A DNA stretch of 32,000 bases from Ruminococcus albus 7 = DSM 20455 (GCF_000179635.2 NC_014833.1:2670001-2702000), one strand, 5' to 3'; counted from the stretch's first letter, positions 9,988 to 18,146 are shown. Made by a program: numbers and translations. Notes: generated from the letters alone by a model not told the origin.

Positions 9988-10016
9988 ATTATAACACAAT
10001 TATATGAATTGTACAA
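9988..10016 (-). promoter_or_regulatory. Sigma-A type promoter for the diguanylate cyclase operon
   Basis: The minus strand reads TTGTAC (10016..10011), a 17-nt spacer aattcatataattgtgt (TGTGt -16 motif), then TATAAT (9993..9988). Confidence 0.55.
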
Positions 10017-10092
10017 GCTTTTTTGAAAAAATAATTAAAATATCTATTAATTTCAACGAATTAACTAAAATAATATATGACCGCTGATGCTA

Positions 10093-10128
10093 ATAAAAAA
10101 GCAGGACATGATCAAATGCCCTGCTTTT
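10093..10128 (-). terminator. Rho-independent terminator after the dockerin protein gene (looks bidirectional)
   Basis: Stem AGCAGG (10100..10105) pairs with CCTGCT (10120..10125). It is flanked by an A-run (10094..10100), which is the T-run on the minus strand, and by TTTT on the plus strand. Confidence 0.6.
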
Positions 10129-10133
10129 AGGTA

Positions 10134-11636
10134 TCATATCCACTTTTTGGGAATGAATTTCTTTGCCTTGACGTGTGCGGATATTACGGAGATATCAGTG
10201 ATGTTGATAGCGCCCGAACTGTTTACATCTGCTGTGAGGGGTCCTCTGCCGTCAAGCTTTTTTACACTCTTAACGTGTGCCGCGATTATGGCGATATCCG
10301 TAACGTTGATAGTGCCGTCACGGTTGCAGTCACCGAGCAGCAAAGGCTTTTTGGATATCTTTATATCAGCCGTCTGCAGAACTTTTGAATCAGTCACATT
10401 GATCTGATTGCCTGATATCTGATAATCTCTGCTGTCGATGCGGTCATCTATAACAACAGTGTACTTGTCAGGAACAAGACCGCCGATGCAGTAGCCGGTC
10501 TTCGGGAAACTCATAAGCACGTTTATCTTCTCAGCCACCCTGGGAAGTGATGCATAGTACCTGCCTCCGCCGCCTGCACCGGAGGTTATCTCACCGTTCA
10601 GTTTGAGTCTGAACGATAAGGTATAGCTGAATACCGCTTCAAGCTTATCATCCCTGACCCAGAACTCCACATAGCCGTTTTCATCAGGTGTGACGACTGA
10701 GATCACAGAACCGCTGCAGCATATATTGGATACCTGTGCATAATAACCATTCCCGCGGTCGCAGCTGCCGCGAAGATCATATTTTACTATGACGGGATCG
10801 CTGCTGAGTCCCGCATTATCCGTTATGATAAGATCACTGTCAGCTATACCGGGAAAAGCGTCATTGAACTTCATCTTCACCTTAGTGTATGTCACCTTGC
10901 TGTCAAACACCTCGCAGCTTTCACCGCCTGTAACACCTGAGTAGGTTATGCTGTACTTACCTGTACTAGCCGAAAGCGCTACCTTCTCTCCTGCGTGTTC
11001 AAGGGGATAAAAGGCGTTCTTCGGTGTGAGGGGCGTATTCTGTGAGTACGATGATGCAGGATCAAGATAAAAATACTCATATTTGTTATTGGTGTTCTTG
11101 AACGTTTTGGCAGTATCTGCTATGATAGTATTGGCAGGGACTGTCATCCTGTCCACCACCTTGAATTTCGTCTGATCGGTATAATCCATAACAAGCACGT
11201 CCGCAGGACTAAGATAACAGCCCTCCTCAGGGTCTATATGATACTGCGCACCGTTTTTCGTGACCTTGCTGGGTGAAGTGCACTTGAAGCTTTCGGGATA
11301 GAACTTATCCATTATCTTATCGAGAGGAAGTTTCTTCTGATTGAAACTTGTCGCATTTGTAATGCCTGTAAGGTCACAGGCATTACCGTAGGTAACCACA
11401 CTGCCGTCTGAACCCGTGAACCTGGCTATAACTTCACCCTTTGAGTTTTTGAGTGCGAACTTCATATTGCTTATGTCGGTATCATCGCCCTTGACCGCTC
11501 TCAGACCTATGTAGGGCTTGTTTAGCCTTACGTTCGTCACCTTCTCGGTCGTATTCGCATAAGCCGATAACGGCACAGCCTCCAGCAGCATGATAAATGC
11601 CGCAGCAAAAGCCGTGATCTTTTTTCTGCTCATCAT
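10134..11636 (-). CDS. Secreted dockerin-containing protein of unknown function
   Basis: 500 aa. RBS AAGGAGA lies 8 nt before the ATG. The signal peptide is MMSRKKITAFAAAFIMLLEAVPLSAYA. The C-terminus has two EF-hand-like dockerin repeats, DCNRDGTINVTDIAIIAAHV and DVNSSGAINITDISVISAHV. The ~400-aa N-terminal region matched no family I recognise. Confidence 0.85.
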   Translation of the reverse strand: MMSRKKITAFAAAFIMLLEAVPLSAYANTTEKVTNVRLNKPYIGLRAVKGDDTDISNMKFALKNSKGEVIARFTGSDGSVVTYGNACDLTGITNATSFNQKKLPLDKIMDKFYPESFKCTSPSKVTKNGAQYHIDPEEGCYLSPADVLVMDYTDQTKFKVVDRMTVPANTIIADTAKTFKNTNNKYEYFYLDPASSYSQNTPLTPKNAFYPLEHAGEKVALSASTGKYSITYSGVTGGESCEVFDSKVTYTKVKMKFNDAFPGIADSDLIITDNAGLSSDPVIVKYDLRGSCDRGNGYYAQVSNICCSGSVISVVTPDENGYVEFWVRDDKLEAVFSYTLSFRLKLNGEITSGAGGGGRYYASLPRVAEKINVLMSFPKTGYCIGGLVPDKYTVVIDDRIDSRDYQISGNQINVTDSKVLQTADIKISKKPLLLGDCNRDGTINVTDIAIIAAHVKSVKKLDGRGPLTADVNSSGAINITDISVISAHVKAKKFIPKKWI

Positions 11637-11675
11637 ATAATATTTCTCCTTAATTCAAATATTTTATTCATTCGA

Positions 11676-12167
11676 TTATAAATCAACGTATTCCTCAGCT
11701 GAATTCCTGATAAGCTCCAAAAGCCATCTAAAAGCCAAATAAAAATCATCGAATGTGATTTCTCTGCCATCATAATACCTTATAATTTTTCCTGTTTCCT
11801 TTGAAAAGCACAGGATTTCACCATCACCTATTATCTTAGCAATAATAATATAGTCCTCAGGGAAATCCGGTGTTTTTTTTAGTTTATTAATTTTTGCTAC
11901 TCTTGCGGTATTAGAAAACTCGGCATAATGCCCACATAGTTGCGCACCATTAGAAAAAAACAAGAATTCTTTATACCCAATTGGCAAAGATGTATCTATT
12001 TCCTTTTCCAAATTTTTTATTTCTTCTTCTGTTGCAGATGCATTAAAATAAAATATTAAACTATATTTATCATCTTCACTAACTTCTGTATCTATTTTGC
12101 TTGCTATGTACACTAGTTCCTCTAATTGAGGCTTTAAATTATTATTCGGTATATCTGGAATATACAT
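11676..12167 (-). CDS. SMI1/KNR4 (SUKH-1) family protein, immunity-protein-like
   Basis: The ORF is 11676..12197. The preferred ATG is at 12167, 6 nt after GAGGAGAG, giving MYIPDIP... The core motif LPIGYKEFLFFSNGAQL and the later IIGDGEILCFSKETGKIIRYYDG resemble SMI1_KNR4. The region is very AT-rich. Confidence 0.6.
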   Translation of the reverse strand: MYIPDIPNNNLKPQLEELVYIASKIDTEVSEDDKYSLIFYFNASATEEEIKNLEKEIDTSLPIGYKEFLFFSNGAQLCGHYAEFSNTARVAKINKLKKTPDFPEDYIIIAKIIGDGEILCFSKETGKIIRYYDGREITFDDFYLAFRWLLELIRNSAEEYVDL

Positions 12168-12341
12168 ATAATACTCTCCTCGTTGTTTTGATAACAAAAC
12201 TTACTATTTAATAATATCACTATTTTTTGCTTTTGTCAATCAGCTCCGGCCACCATACTCCCACTTTTCTCAGAAAATGGAAAAACCATGCTGTAAAATC
12301 CCATGATATCCGATATTTAGTAAATTTTTTTCGTCACCCCC

Positions 12342-12371
12342 TTTACAAATCAAACCTTGATGTGGTATAAT
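12342..12371 (+). promoter_or_regulatory. Sigma-A type promoter for the parE operon
   Basis: TTTACA (12342..12347), an 18-nt spacer ending in TGTGg (-16 motif), then TATAAT (12366..12371). RBS AGGTGAGG precedes ATG 12450. Confidence 0.6.
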
Positions 12372-12449
12372 GATTTTGTTTGTAAATCAAAAGAACAAGT
12401 GTTCTCCCTCTTTTACGGGAGTGCTTATGATATCAGGTGAGGTTTTGAA

Positions 12450-14435
12450 ATGGCTGAAAAGAAGCAGGATTACGGCAATGAAGACATTACACTGCTGAAG
12501 GGCAAGGACAGAGTACGTCTGCGCCCGGCTGTAATGTTCGGTTCTGACGGACTTAGCGGATGTAAGCATTCGGTGTTTGAGATAATATCAAACTCAATAG
12601 ACGAAGCCCGTGAGGGTCACGGCGACAAGATAATCGTTACAAAGTATTTTGATGATTCCATTGAAGTGCAGGATTTCGGACGAGGCTGTCCCGTTGACTA
12701 CAACCAACGCGAAAAGCGCTATAACTGGGAGCTTGTTTACTGCGAGCTTTACGCTGGCGGAAAGTACAACAATAACTCAGGCGATAACTATGAGTACGCA
12801 CTGGGTCTTAACGGACTGGGTGCCTGCGCTACACAGTATTCCTCTGAATATATGGATGTAGAGGTAATACGTGACGGATTTAAATACAACCTTCACTTTG
12901 AAAAGGGTGACAACGTAGGCGGTCTTAAAAAGGAAGAATATTCCTCCAAAAAGACAGGTACACGCACCCGCTGGAAGCCCGACCTCGATGTATTCACCGA
13001 GATAAGCATCGAGAAGGAGTACTTTGAGGACATAATGAAGAAACAGGCTGTGGTCAACCCCGGTGTTACCTTTATACTCAGAGTACAGCGTGAGAATATG
13101 TCCTTTGAGGAGATAACCTATTATTACGAGAACGGTATCGCTGACTACGTCAAGGAAATAGCAGGCGAGGATACCCTCACCAATGTGCAGCATTTCTCAG
13201 GTGACCGCAAGGGACGTGACCGTGCTGACAAGCCCGAATACAAGGTCAAGCTGGGCGTGGCATTCGTATTCTCCAACAAGGTGCAGACGCTGGAATACTT
13301 CCACAATTCCAGTTTTCTCTCCCACGGCGGCTCACCAGATGACGCTGTAAGGAGCGCTTTCGTTTCACAGATAAACGCTTATCTGAAGTCCAATAATAAG
13401 TACAATAAGAATGAAAAGCCCGTTACATTCCAGGACGTTGCCGACTGTCTGGTGCTGGTGTCAAGCTCATTCTCCACGCAGACCTCATACGCTAACCAGA
13501 CCAAGAAGGCTATCACCAACAAGTTCATCAAGGAGTGCATGACGGAGTTCTTAAAGCACAACCTTGAGGTATACTTCATAGAGAATCCCGATGAAGCCCT
13601 GAAAATAGCCGAACAGGTACTTGTAAACAAGCGCAGCCGTGAAAGTGCTGAAACTTCGAGGCTGAACATAAAGAAGAAACTGCAGGGCACTATCGACCTT
13701 TCAAATCAGGTGCAGAAGTTCGTTGACTGCCGTTCAAAGGATCTGAGCAGACGTGAGCTTTACATCGTGGAGGGTGACTCGGCGCTGGGTTCTGTTAAAC
13801 TGGCGAGGGACGCTGAATTCCAGGCAGTAATACCTGTACGAGGCAAGATACTCAACTGTCTTAAAGCCGATTACGACAAGATATTCAAGAACGAGATAAT
13901 CACCGACCTTATAAAGGTACTGGGCTGCGGAGTTGAAGTAAACACAGGCAAGAAAAAGGATCTCTCCGCTTTCAACCTTGATAACCTGAGATGGAACAAG
14001 ATAGTCATATGTACCGATGCGGACGTGGACGGCTTCCAGATAAGGACGCTGATACTCACAATGCTTTACCGCCTGACACCTACCCTCATCGAGAAGGGCT
14101 ATGTGTATATCGCGGAATCTCCCCTGTTTGAGATAACCACTAAGGACAAGACCTACTTCGCCTACGACGAGCCCGAAAAAGACAAGATACTCAAAATGAT
14201 AGGTGATAAGAGTTTCACCATACAGCGCTCGAAGGGTCTTGGTGAGAACGAAGCCGACATGATGAGCCTTACTACCATGAATCCCGAAACACGCCGCCTT
14301 ATCAAGGTAAATCCCGATGATATGGATATGACCAGCTGGATGTTCAATATGCTGCTGGGCGACGACCTGGCAGGACGTAAGGAATTCATCACCAACAACG
14401 GTGCCGAGTATCTGGAAATGGCAGATATATCATAA
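12450..14435 (+). CDS. parE: Type IIA topoisomerase ATPase (B) subunit, best read as topoisomerase IV ParE
   Basis: 661 aa. It has a GHKL N-terminus (VFEIISNSIDEAREGHG), the Toprim motif YIVEGDSALGS, PVRGKILN and DADVDGFQIRTL. It is not next to dnaA/dnaN/recF, and its partner A subunit lacks a GyrA box. Confidence 0.85.
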   Translation: MAEKKQDYGNEDITLLKGKDRVRLRPAVMFGSDGLSGCKHSVFEIISNSIDEAREGHGDKIIVTKYFDDSIEVQDFGRGCPVDYNQREKRYNWELVYCELYAGGKYNNNSGDNYEYALGLNGLGACATQYSSEYMDVEVIRDGFKYNLHFEKGDNVGGLKKEEYSSKKTGTRTRWKPDLDVFTEISIEKEYFEDIMKKQAVVNPGVTFILRVQRENMSFEEITYYYENGIADYVKEIAGEDTLTNVQHFSGDRKGRDRADKPEYKVKLGVAFVFSNKVQTLEYFHNSSFLSHGGSPDDAVRSAFVSQINAYLKSNNKYNKNEKPVTFQDVADCLVLVSSSFSTQTSYANQTKKAITNKFIKECMTEFLKHNLEVYFIENPDEALKIAEQVLVNKRSRESAETSRLNIKKKLQGTIDLSNQVQKFVDCRSKDLSRRELYIVEGDSALGSVKLARDAEFQAVIPVRGKILNCLKADYDKIFKNEIITDLIKVLGCGVEVNTGKKKDLSAFNLDNLRWNKIVICTDADVDGFQIRTLILTMLYRLTPTLIEKGYVYIAESPLFEITTKDKTYFAYDEPEKDKILKMIGDKSFTIQRSKGLGENEADMMSLTTMNPETRRLIKVNPDDMDMTSWMFNMLLGDDLAGRKEFITNNGAEYLEMADIS

Positions 14436-14460
14436 TTCACAATTCATAATTATTGACAGG
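14433..14460. repeat. Stop-codon-anchored repeat, copy 1 (after parE)
   Basis: TAATTCACAATTCATAATT (14433..14451, beginning with the parE TAA stop), then ATTGACAGG. The first 19 nt are identical to 17387..17405. Confidence 0.85.
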
Positions 14461-14567
14461 CATTATACGCGGCTGAGTTTTCATTTAACAAATCATTTTG
14501 TGCCGCGGTTTGAAGTGAGAGATTTTCACCTCAGACGTTCGCTGAAAGGTGATACCACTGAGCTGTT

Positions 14568-14595
14568 ACCAATACAAGTTTAATGAAGGGGAAGT
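14568..14595 (+). repeat. Duplicated translation-initiation leader, copy 1 (upstream of the DUF3592-like gene)
   Basis: ACCAATACAAGTTTAATGAAGGGGAAGT aligns with ACCAATACAAGTT-AACGAAAGGAAAGT at 15119..15145: 24 of 28 aligned columns are identical by hand count. Both copies include the RBS. Confidence 0.8.
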
Positions 14596-14598
14596 GCT

Positions 14599-15069
14599 AT
14601 GAAACAAAAAGTATTTCTGATCATCTCACTTCTGATCATGTTTACAGGCATATTCATTTCTACTTTTGGTGCAAATAATCGTGAAAAACAGATCAGGAAA
14701 TGTACAGTTGAGACCGACGCCACTGTTACCAAAGTTCAGGGCCCCAATGATGATGGTGAATCCGAGATAACAGCATATTTTATGGCAGGTACTAAATACA
14801 TTATCAGGTTCAGTACGTACGGATCTATGGAGACAGGAGAAACGTTCTCTATAAAATACGACCCGAACGATCCAATGAATTATGTTATCTCCGGTCTAAC
14901 CGATGACAATATACCCGAAAAAGCCCACGGCTATCTTTTGACAAAGATGGGCTTGATACTCTCTGTCATATCCGTAATTCTGTATATAGCCTCGCTCAGA
15001 CGATCAGAAAAACAATGTGATATTATGGTCAAGCAGACTTTACCGTCAGACAAACATGAAGACTGGTAA
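14599..15069 (+). CDS. Small two-TM membrane protein, DUF3592-like
   Basis: 156 aa. An N-terminal TM helix (VFLIISLLIMFTGIFISTF) is followed by a beta-rich segment ending in FSIKYDPNDPMNYV, then a C-terminal TM helix (MGLILSVISVILYIASL). This is the typical DUF3592 layout. RBS is GAAGGGGAAG. Confidence 0.65.
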   Translation: MKQKVFLIISLLIMFTGIFISTFGANNREKQIRKCTVETDATVTKVQGPNDDGESEITAYFMAGTKYIIRFSTYGSMETGETFSIKYDPNDPMNYVISGLTDDNIPEKAHGYLLTKMGLILSVISVILYIASLRRSEKQCDIMVKQTLPSDKHEDW

Positions 15070-15118
15070 ATATAGTATACTCTCTGAAATCTTATAGATC
15101 ATTTACCGCAGTGCGGAC

Positions 15119-15145
15119 ACCAATACAAGTTAACGAAAGGAAAGT
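15119..15145 (+). repeat. Duplicated translation-initiation leader, copy 2 (upstream of parC)
   Basis: See 14568..14595. Weaker similarity extends upstream (cgctgaaa / ctctgaaa). Confidence 0.8.
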
Positions 15146-15151
15146 TTATAA

Positions 15152-17389
15152 ATGGCAAAAAAGAAAGCAGAGCCGAAAAAGGCTGCTGCACCTAAGATAG
15201 ATGCTTACATTGAAGGCGCAGGTCTTGTAGCTGAGGAAAAGATAACCCAGACACTTGAAAAGAACTATATGCCCTACGCCATGAGCGTTATAGTATCCCG
15301 TGCTTTCCCCGAGATAGACGGCTTCAAGCCCTCTCACAGAAAGCTTTTGTACACCATGTACCTCATGGGACTTATAAAGGGCAAGCTGACCAAGTGCGCC
15401 AATATAGTCGGTGCTACCATGAAGCTCAACCCTCACGGCGACGGTGCTATCTATGAAACGCTGGTAAGACTTTCCCGCGGCAACGAAGCACTGCTGCACC
15501 CCTATGTGCAGTCAAAGGGAAACTTCGGTAAGTCATATTCAAGAGATATGGCTTACGCTGCATCACGTTATACCGAGGCTAAGCTTGAACCGATATGCGA
15601 GGAGCTTTTCAGGGATATCGACAAGGAAACTGTTGACTTCGTTCCGAACTACGATAATACCATGACCGAGCCGACACTCTTCCCTGCCACCTTCCCGACC
15701 ATACTGGTAAATGCAAATGTCGGTATCGGCGTATCTATGGCTTCATCAGTATGTCCCTTCAATCTGGCAGAGGTATGCGAAACTGCCATAGCACTTATTA
15801 AAAACAAGGATGCCAATGCACTGGATACCCTGAAAGGTCCCGATTTCCCCGGGGGCGGATATCTGCTTTACGATGAAGCTGAGCTTGAAAAGATATACCG
15901 CACAGGCAGAGGTTCTGTAAAACTGCGTGCAAAGTACCGCTTCAATAAAGAGGAGCGCTGCATAGAGATAACCGAGATACCTGCCACCACCACCATTGAA
16001 GCGATAATCGAAAAGATAATCGCACTGGTAAAAGCAGGAAAGATCAAAGAGATATCCTATATCCGCGATGAGACAGACCTTGACGGTCTGCAGATAGGTA
16101 TCGATATCAAAAAGGGCGTTGACCCCGACAAGCTGATGCAGAAGCTTTACAAGCTGACTCCCCTGCAGGATACCTATTCATGCAATTTCAATATACTTGT
16201 ACACGGCTACCCAAAGGTAATGGGTGTGTACGAAATTCTGGACGAATGGACACGTTTCCGCGTTGACTGCGTGCGCAGACGTGTTGAATATGATCTTAAA
16301 AAGAAGAAGGACAAGCTGCACCTGCTGAAAGGTCTGGGCAAGATACTGCTGGATATCGACAAAGCGATACGCATAATCCGCGAGACCGAAGAAGAAAGCG
16401 AAGTTATCCCCAACCTGATGATAGGCTTCGGCATCGACGAGATACAGGCTGACTATGTAGCTGAGATAAAGCTGCGCCACCTGAACCGCGAGTATATCCT
16501 CAAGCGTACCTCCGAGACTGAAAAGCTTGAAAAGGAGATCGCTGAACTGGAGGATGTACTGGGCAGCGAGAAGAAGATCAAGGATATCATAATCAGGGAA
16601 CTGAAAGACGTTATAAAGAACTACGGTCAGGAAAGGAAAACTCAGTTCTTCTATCAGAGCGACATCGAGGAAGTCGAGGAGGAAGAGGAGATCGAGGATT
16701 ACCCCTGCAAGCTGTTTATATCCGAGAGCGGATATTTCAAGAAGTGTACTATGCAGTCCCTGCGTATGGCAAGCGATCAGAAGCTCAAAGAAGGCGATCG
16801 CATGATGTCGGAGACAGAGTCATCCAATCGTGCCGAGCTGCTGTTCTTCTCCGATAAGGCGAGCGTTTACAAATCCAAGGCGAGCCGTTTCGGCAACACC
16901 AAGGCAAGCGACCTTGGCGACTATATCCCTGCTGTACTGGGCTTTGATAACGGTGAAGCCTTCCACACCATGGTAGAAACTATGGATTATTCGGGCTGTC
17001 TGCTGTTTGTATTTGAAAACGGCAAGGCTGCAAAGGTACCACTGGATTCCTATGCTACCAAGACAAACCGTAAAAAGCTGGCAAATGCTTACAGCGACAA
17101 ATCCCCCCTCGTGGCTATACTGAAGCTCACCGATAACGCACAGGTAATGCTGCGAACTACCAACGGCAGAGCACTGCTTTTTGATACAGCTCTCCTGCTG
17201 CCCAAGACCACAAGAAACACTCAGGGCGTACAGGTCATGACCCTTAAAGCCAAGAATGCAAAGGTCGAAAAGGCATACATCGTATCTGACGAAGAAGCAG
17301 AAAACCTTTCCAAGTTCCGCAGCAAGACTATACCCGTAGCAGGCTGCCTGGCAAAGGATCTTGAAGACCCTGATCAACTGTCGTTTTAA
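15152..17389 (+). CDS. parC: Type IIA topoisomerase A subunit, best read as topoisomerase IV ParC
   Basis: 745 aa. It has YAMSVIVSRAFPEIDGFKPSHRKLLY and the catalytic Tyr context AASRYTEAKL. The C-terminal domain is short (~230 aa) and no QRRGGKG-type GyrA box was found on reading it. Confidence 0.85.
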   Translation: MAKKKAEPKKAAAPKIDAYIEGAGLVAEEKITQTLEKNYMPYAMSVIVSRAFPEIDGFKPSHRKLLYTMYLMGLIKGKLTKCANIVGATMKLNPHGDGAIYETLVRLSRGNEALLHPYVQSKGNFGKSYSRDMAYAASRYTEAKLEPICEELFRDIDKETVDFVPNYDNTMTEPTLFPATFPTILVNANVGIGVSMASSVCPFNLAEVCETAIALIKNKDANALDTLKGPDFPGGGYLLYDEAELEKIYRTGRGSVKLRAKYRFNKEERCIEITEIPATTTIEAIIEKIIALVKAGKIKEISYIRDETDLDGLQIGIDIKKGVDPDKLMQKLYKLTPLQDTYSCNFNILVHGYPKVMGVYEILDEWTRFRVDCVRRRVEYDLKKKKDKLHLLKGLGKILLDIDKAIRIIRETEEESEVIPNLMIGFGIDEIQADYVAEIKLRHLNREYILKRTSETEKLEKEIAELEDVLGSEKKIKDIIIRELKDVIKNYGQERKTQFFYQSDIEEVEEEEEIEDYPCKLFISESGYFKKCTMQSLRMASDQKLKEGDRMMSETESSNRAELLFFSDKASVYKSKASRFGNTKASDLGDYIPAVLGFDNGEAFHTMVETMDYSGCLLFVFENGKAAKVPLDSYATKTNRKKLANAYSDKSPLVAILKLTDNAQVMLRTTNGRALLFDTALLLPKTTRNTQGVQVMTLKAKNAKVEKAYIVSDEEAENLSKFRSKTIPVAGCLAKDLEDPDQLSF

Positions 17390-17421
17390 TTCACAATTCA
17401 TAATTCATAATTGTTGGCAGG
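17387..17421. repeat. Stop-codon-anchored repeat, copy 2 (after parC)
   Basis: TAATTCACAATTCATAATT (17387..17405, beginning with the parC TAA stop), then an extra CATAATT unit and GTTGGCAGG. Confidence 0.85.
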
Positions 17422-17495
17422 GGCGCAAGAATGCCATTTTGCGTACACTGACATGCCGAATTATATTTAAGAAGTCCTTTTCGGATATTACAGGT

Positions 17496-17524
17496 TTTAC
17501 AATAGATAAAGATAATGATATAAT
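17496..17524 (+). promoter_or_regulatory. Sigma-A type promoter for the 17545 gene
   Basis: TTTACA (17496..17501), a 17-nt spacer, then TATAAT (17519..17524). Confidence 0.6.
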
Positions 17525-17544
17525 GTAGATCAAAAGAGGTTTTG

Positions 17545-18108
17545 ATGACTATAAAAACAGTTAGTAAAAAGAAAAAAATTATAATAATACTTGCAGCTAT
17601 TGTTCTGGTTGTAAGCATTGCTAAATTTATTTTATATTACACTTCAACAGAGCAGAAAATGATCAGGAGTTACAATAACAACAACGAATTGTATGTAAAA
17701 CTCATTGATGACTTAAGCGATTATCATAATAGTCTTGATGATGATGTTTCCAGAATTGAAATAGGCTGGGATCCTGAAAAAGAACAGTCAGATACCATAA
17801 TGCGTAAAGATCTTGTGCATAAGGTCCCAATAGATGAAAACATATACAATGACTTGAAACTTGCATTAGATACTATCGATAACTCGGAAAAAATGTATTT
17901 CAAAGTTTTTTTTGATCAGGATCGGGTCATAAGAATGGAGATACATATTACTGATTCCAGTTATAGAAATGGAGAAGATATAGTGATCAATACTGATGAA
18001 TTGGTATATTCTGTTTTGCCTGTTGAAAACCTGAACAAAGATATTGCTAAATCAAAACCAATTGATGAAAATTGGTATTTTGTCAAAGAAGAATATAGTG
18101 CAGGTTAA
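17545..18108 (+). CDS. Hypothetical membrane-anchored protein
   Basis: The ORF is 17542..18108. The ATG at 17545 lies 5 nt after AGAGG. It has an N-terminal Lys-rich stretch and a TM anchor (KKKKIIIILAAIVLVVSIAKF). The rest is acidic, Asn/Asp-rich and matched no family I recognise. The gene is very AT-rich and has its own promoter and terminator. Confidence 0.55.
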   Translation: MTIKTVSKKKKIIIILAAIVLVVSIAKFILYYTSTEQKMIRSYNNNNELYVKLIDDLSDYHNSLDDDVSRIEIGWDPEKEQSDTIMRKDLVHKVPIDENIYNDLKLALDTIDNSEKMYFKVFFDQDRVIRMEIHITDSSYRNGEDIVINTDELVYSVLPVENLNKDIAKSKPIDENWYFVKEEYSAG

Positions 18109-18146
18109 TATATATGATGTCAACATTTTCTTTTGATAATTGTTTT

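Noticed and set aside
14433-14460. The stop-codon-anchored repeat read as a promoter (TTCACA as -35, or TTGACA at 14453..14458).
   Set aside because: There is no acceptable -10 hexamer at 16-19 nt spacing in either copy (ggcatt / agtttt / gttggc). On the opposite strand, only a poor AATTAT follows the TGTG.
14530-14600. A T-box-like string (aaaGGTGATACCAC, compared with the T-box GGGTGGTACCGCG) and, on the minus strand, a tRNA D-arm-like AGCTCAGTGGTA (14553..14564).
   Set aside because: I could build no Stem I or specifier structure, no antiterminator/terminator pair and no U-tract. The putative D-stem has no matching 3-prime half (CACC instead of GAGC), and no acceptor or T-arm is present. 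These are treated as chance similarity.
12450-17389. Reading the topoisomerase pair as DNA gyrase (gyrB/gyrA).
   Set aside because: The A subunit is short (745 aa) and its C-terminal domain shows no QRRGGKG-type GyrA box. The pair is also not in the usual dnaA-dnaN-recF-gyrB-gyrA origin context. Topo IV (parE/parC) is the better call, though phylogeny is needed to be certain.
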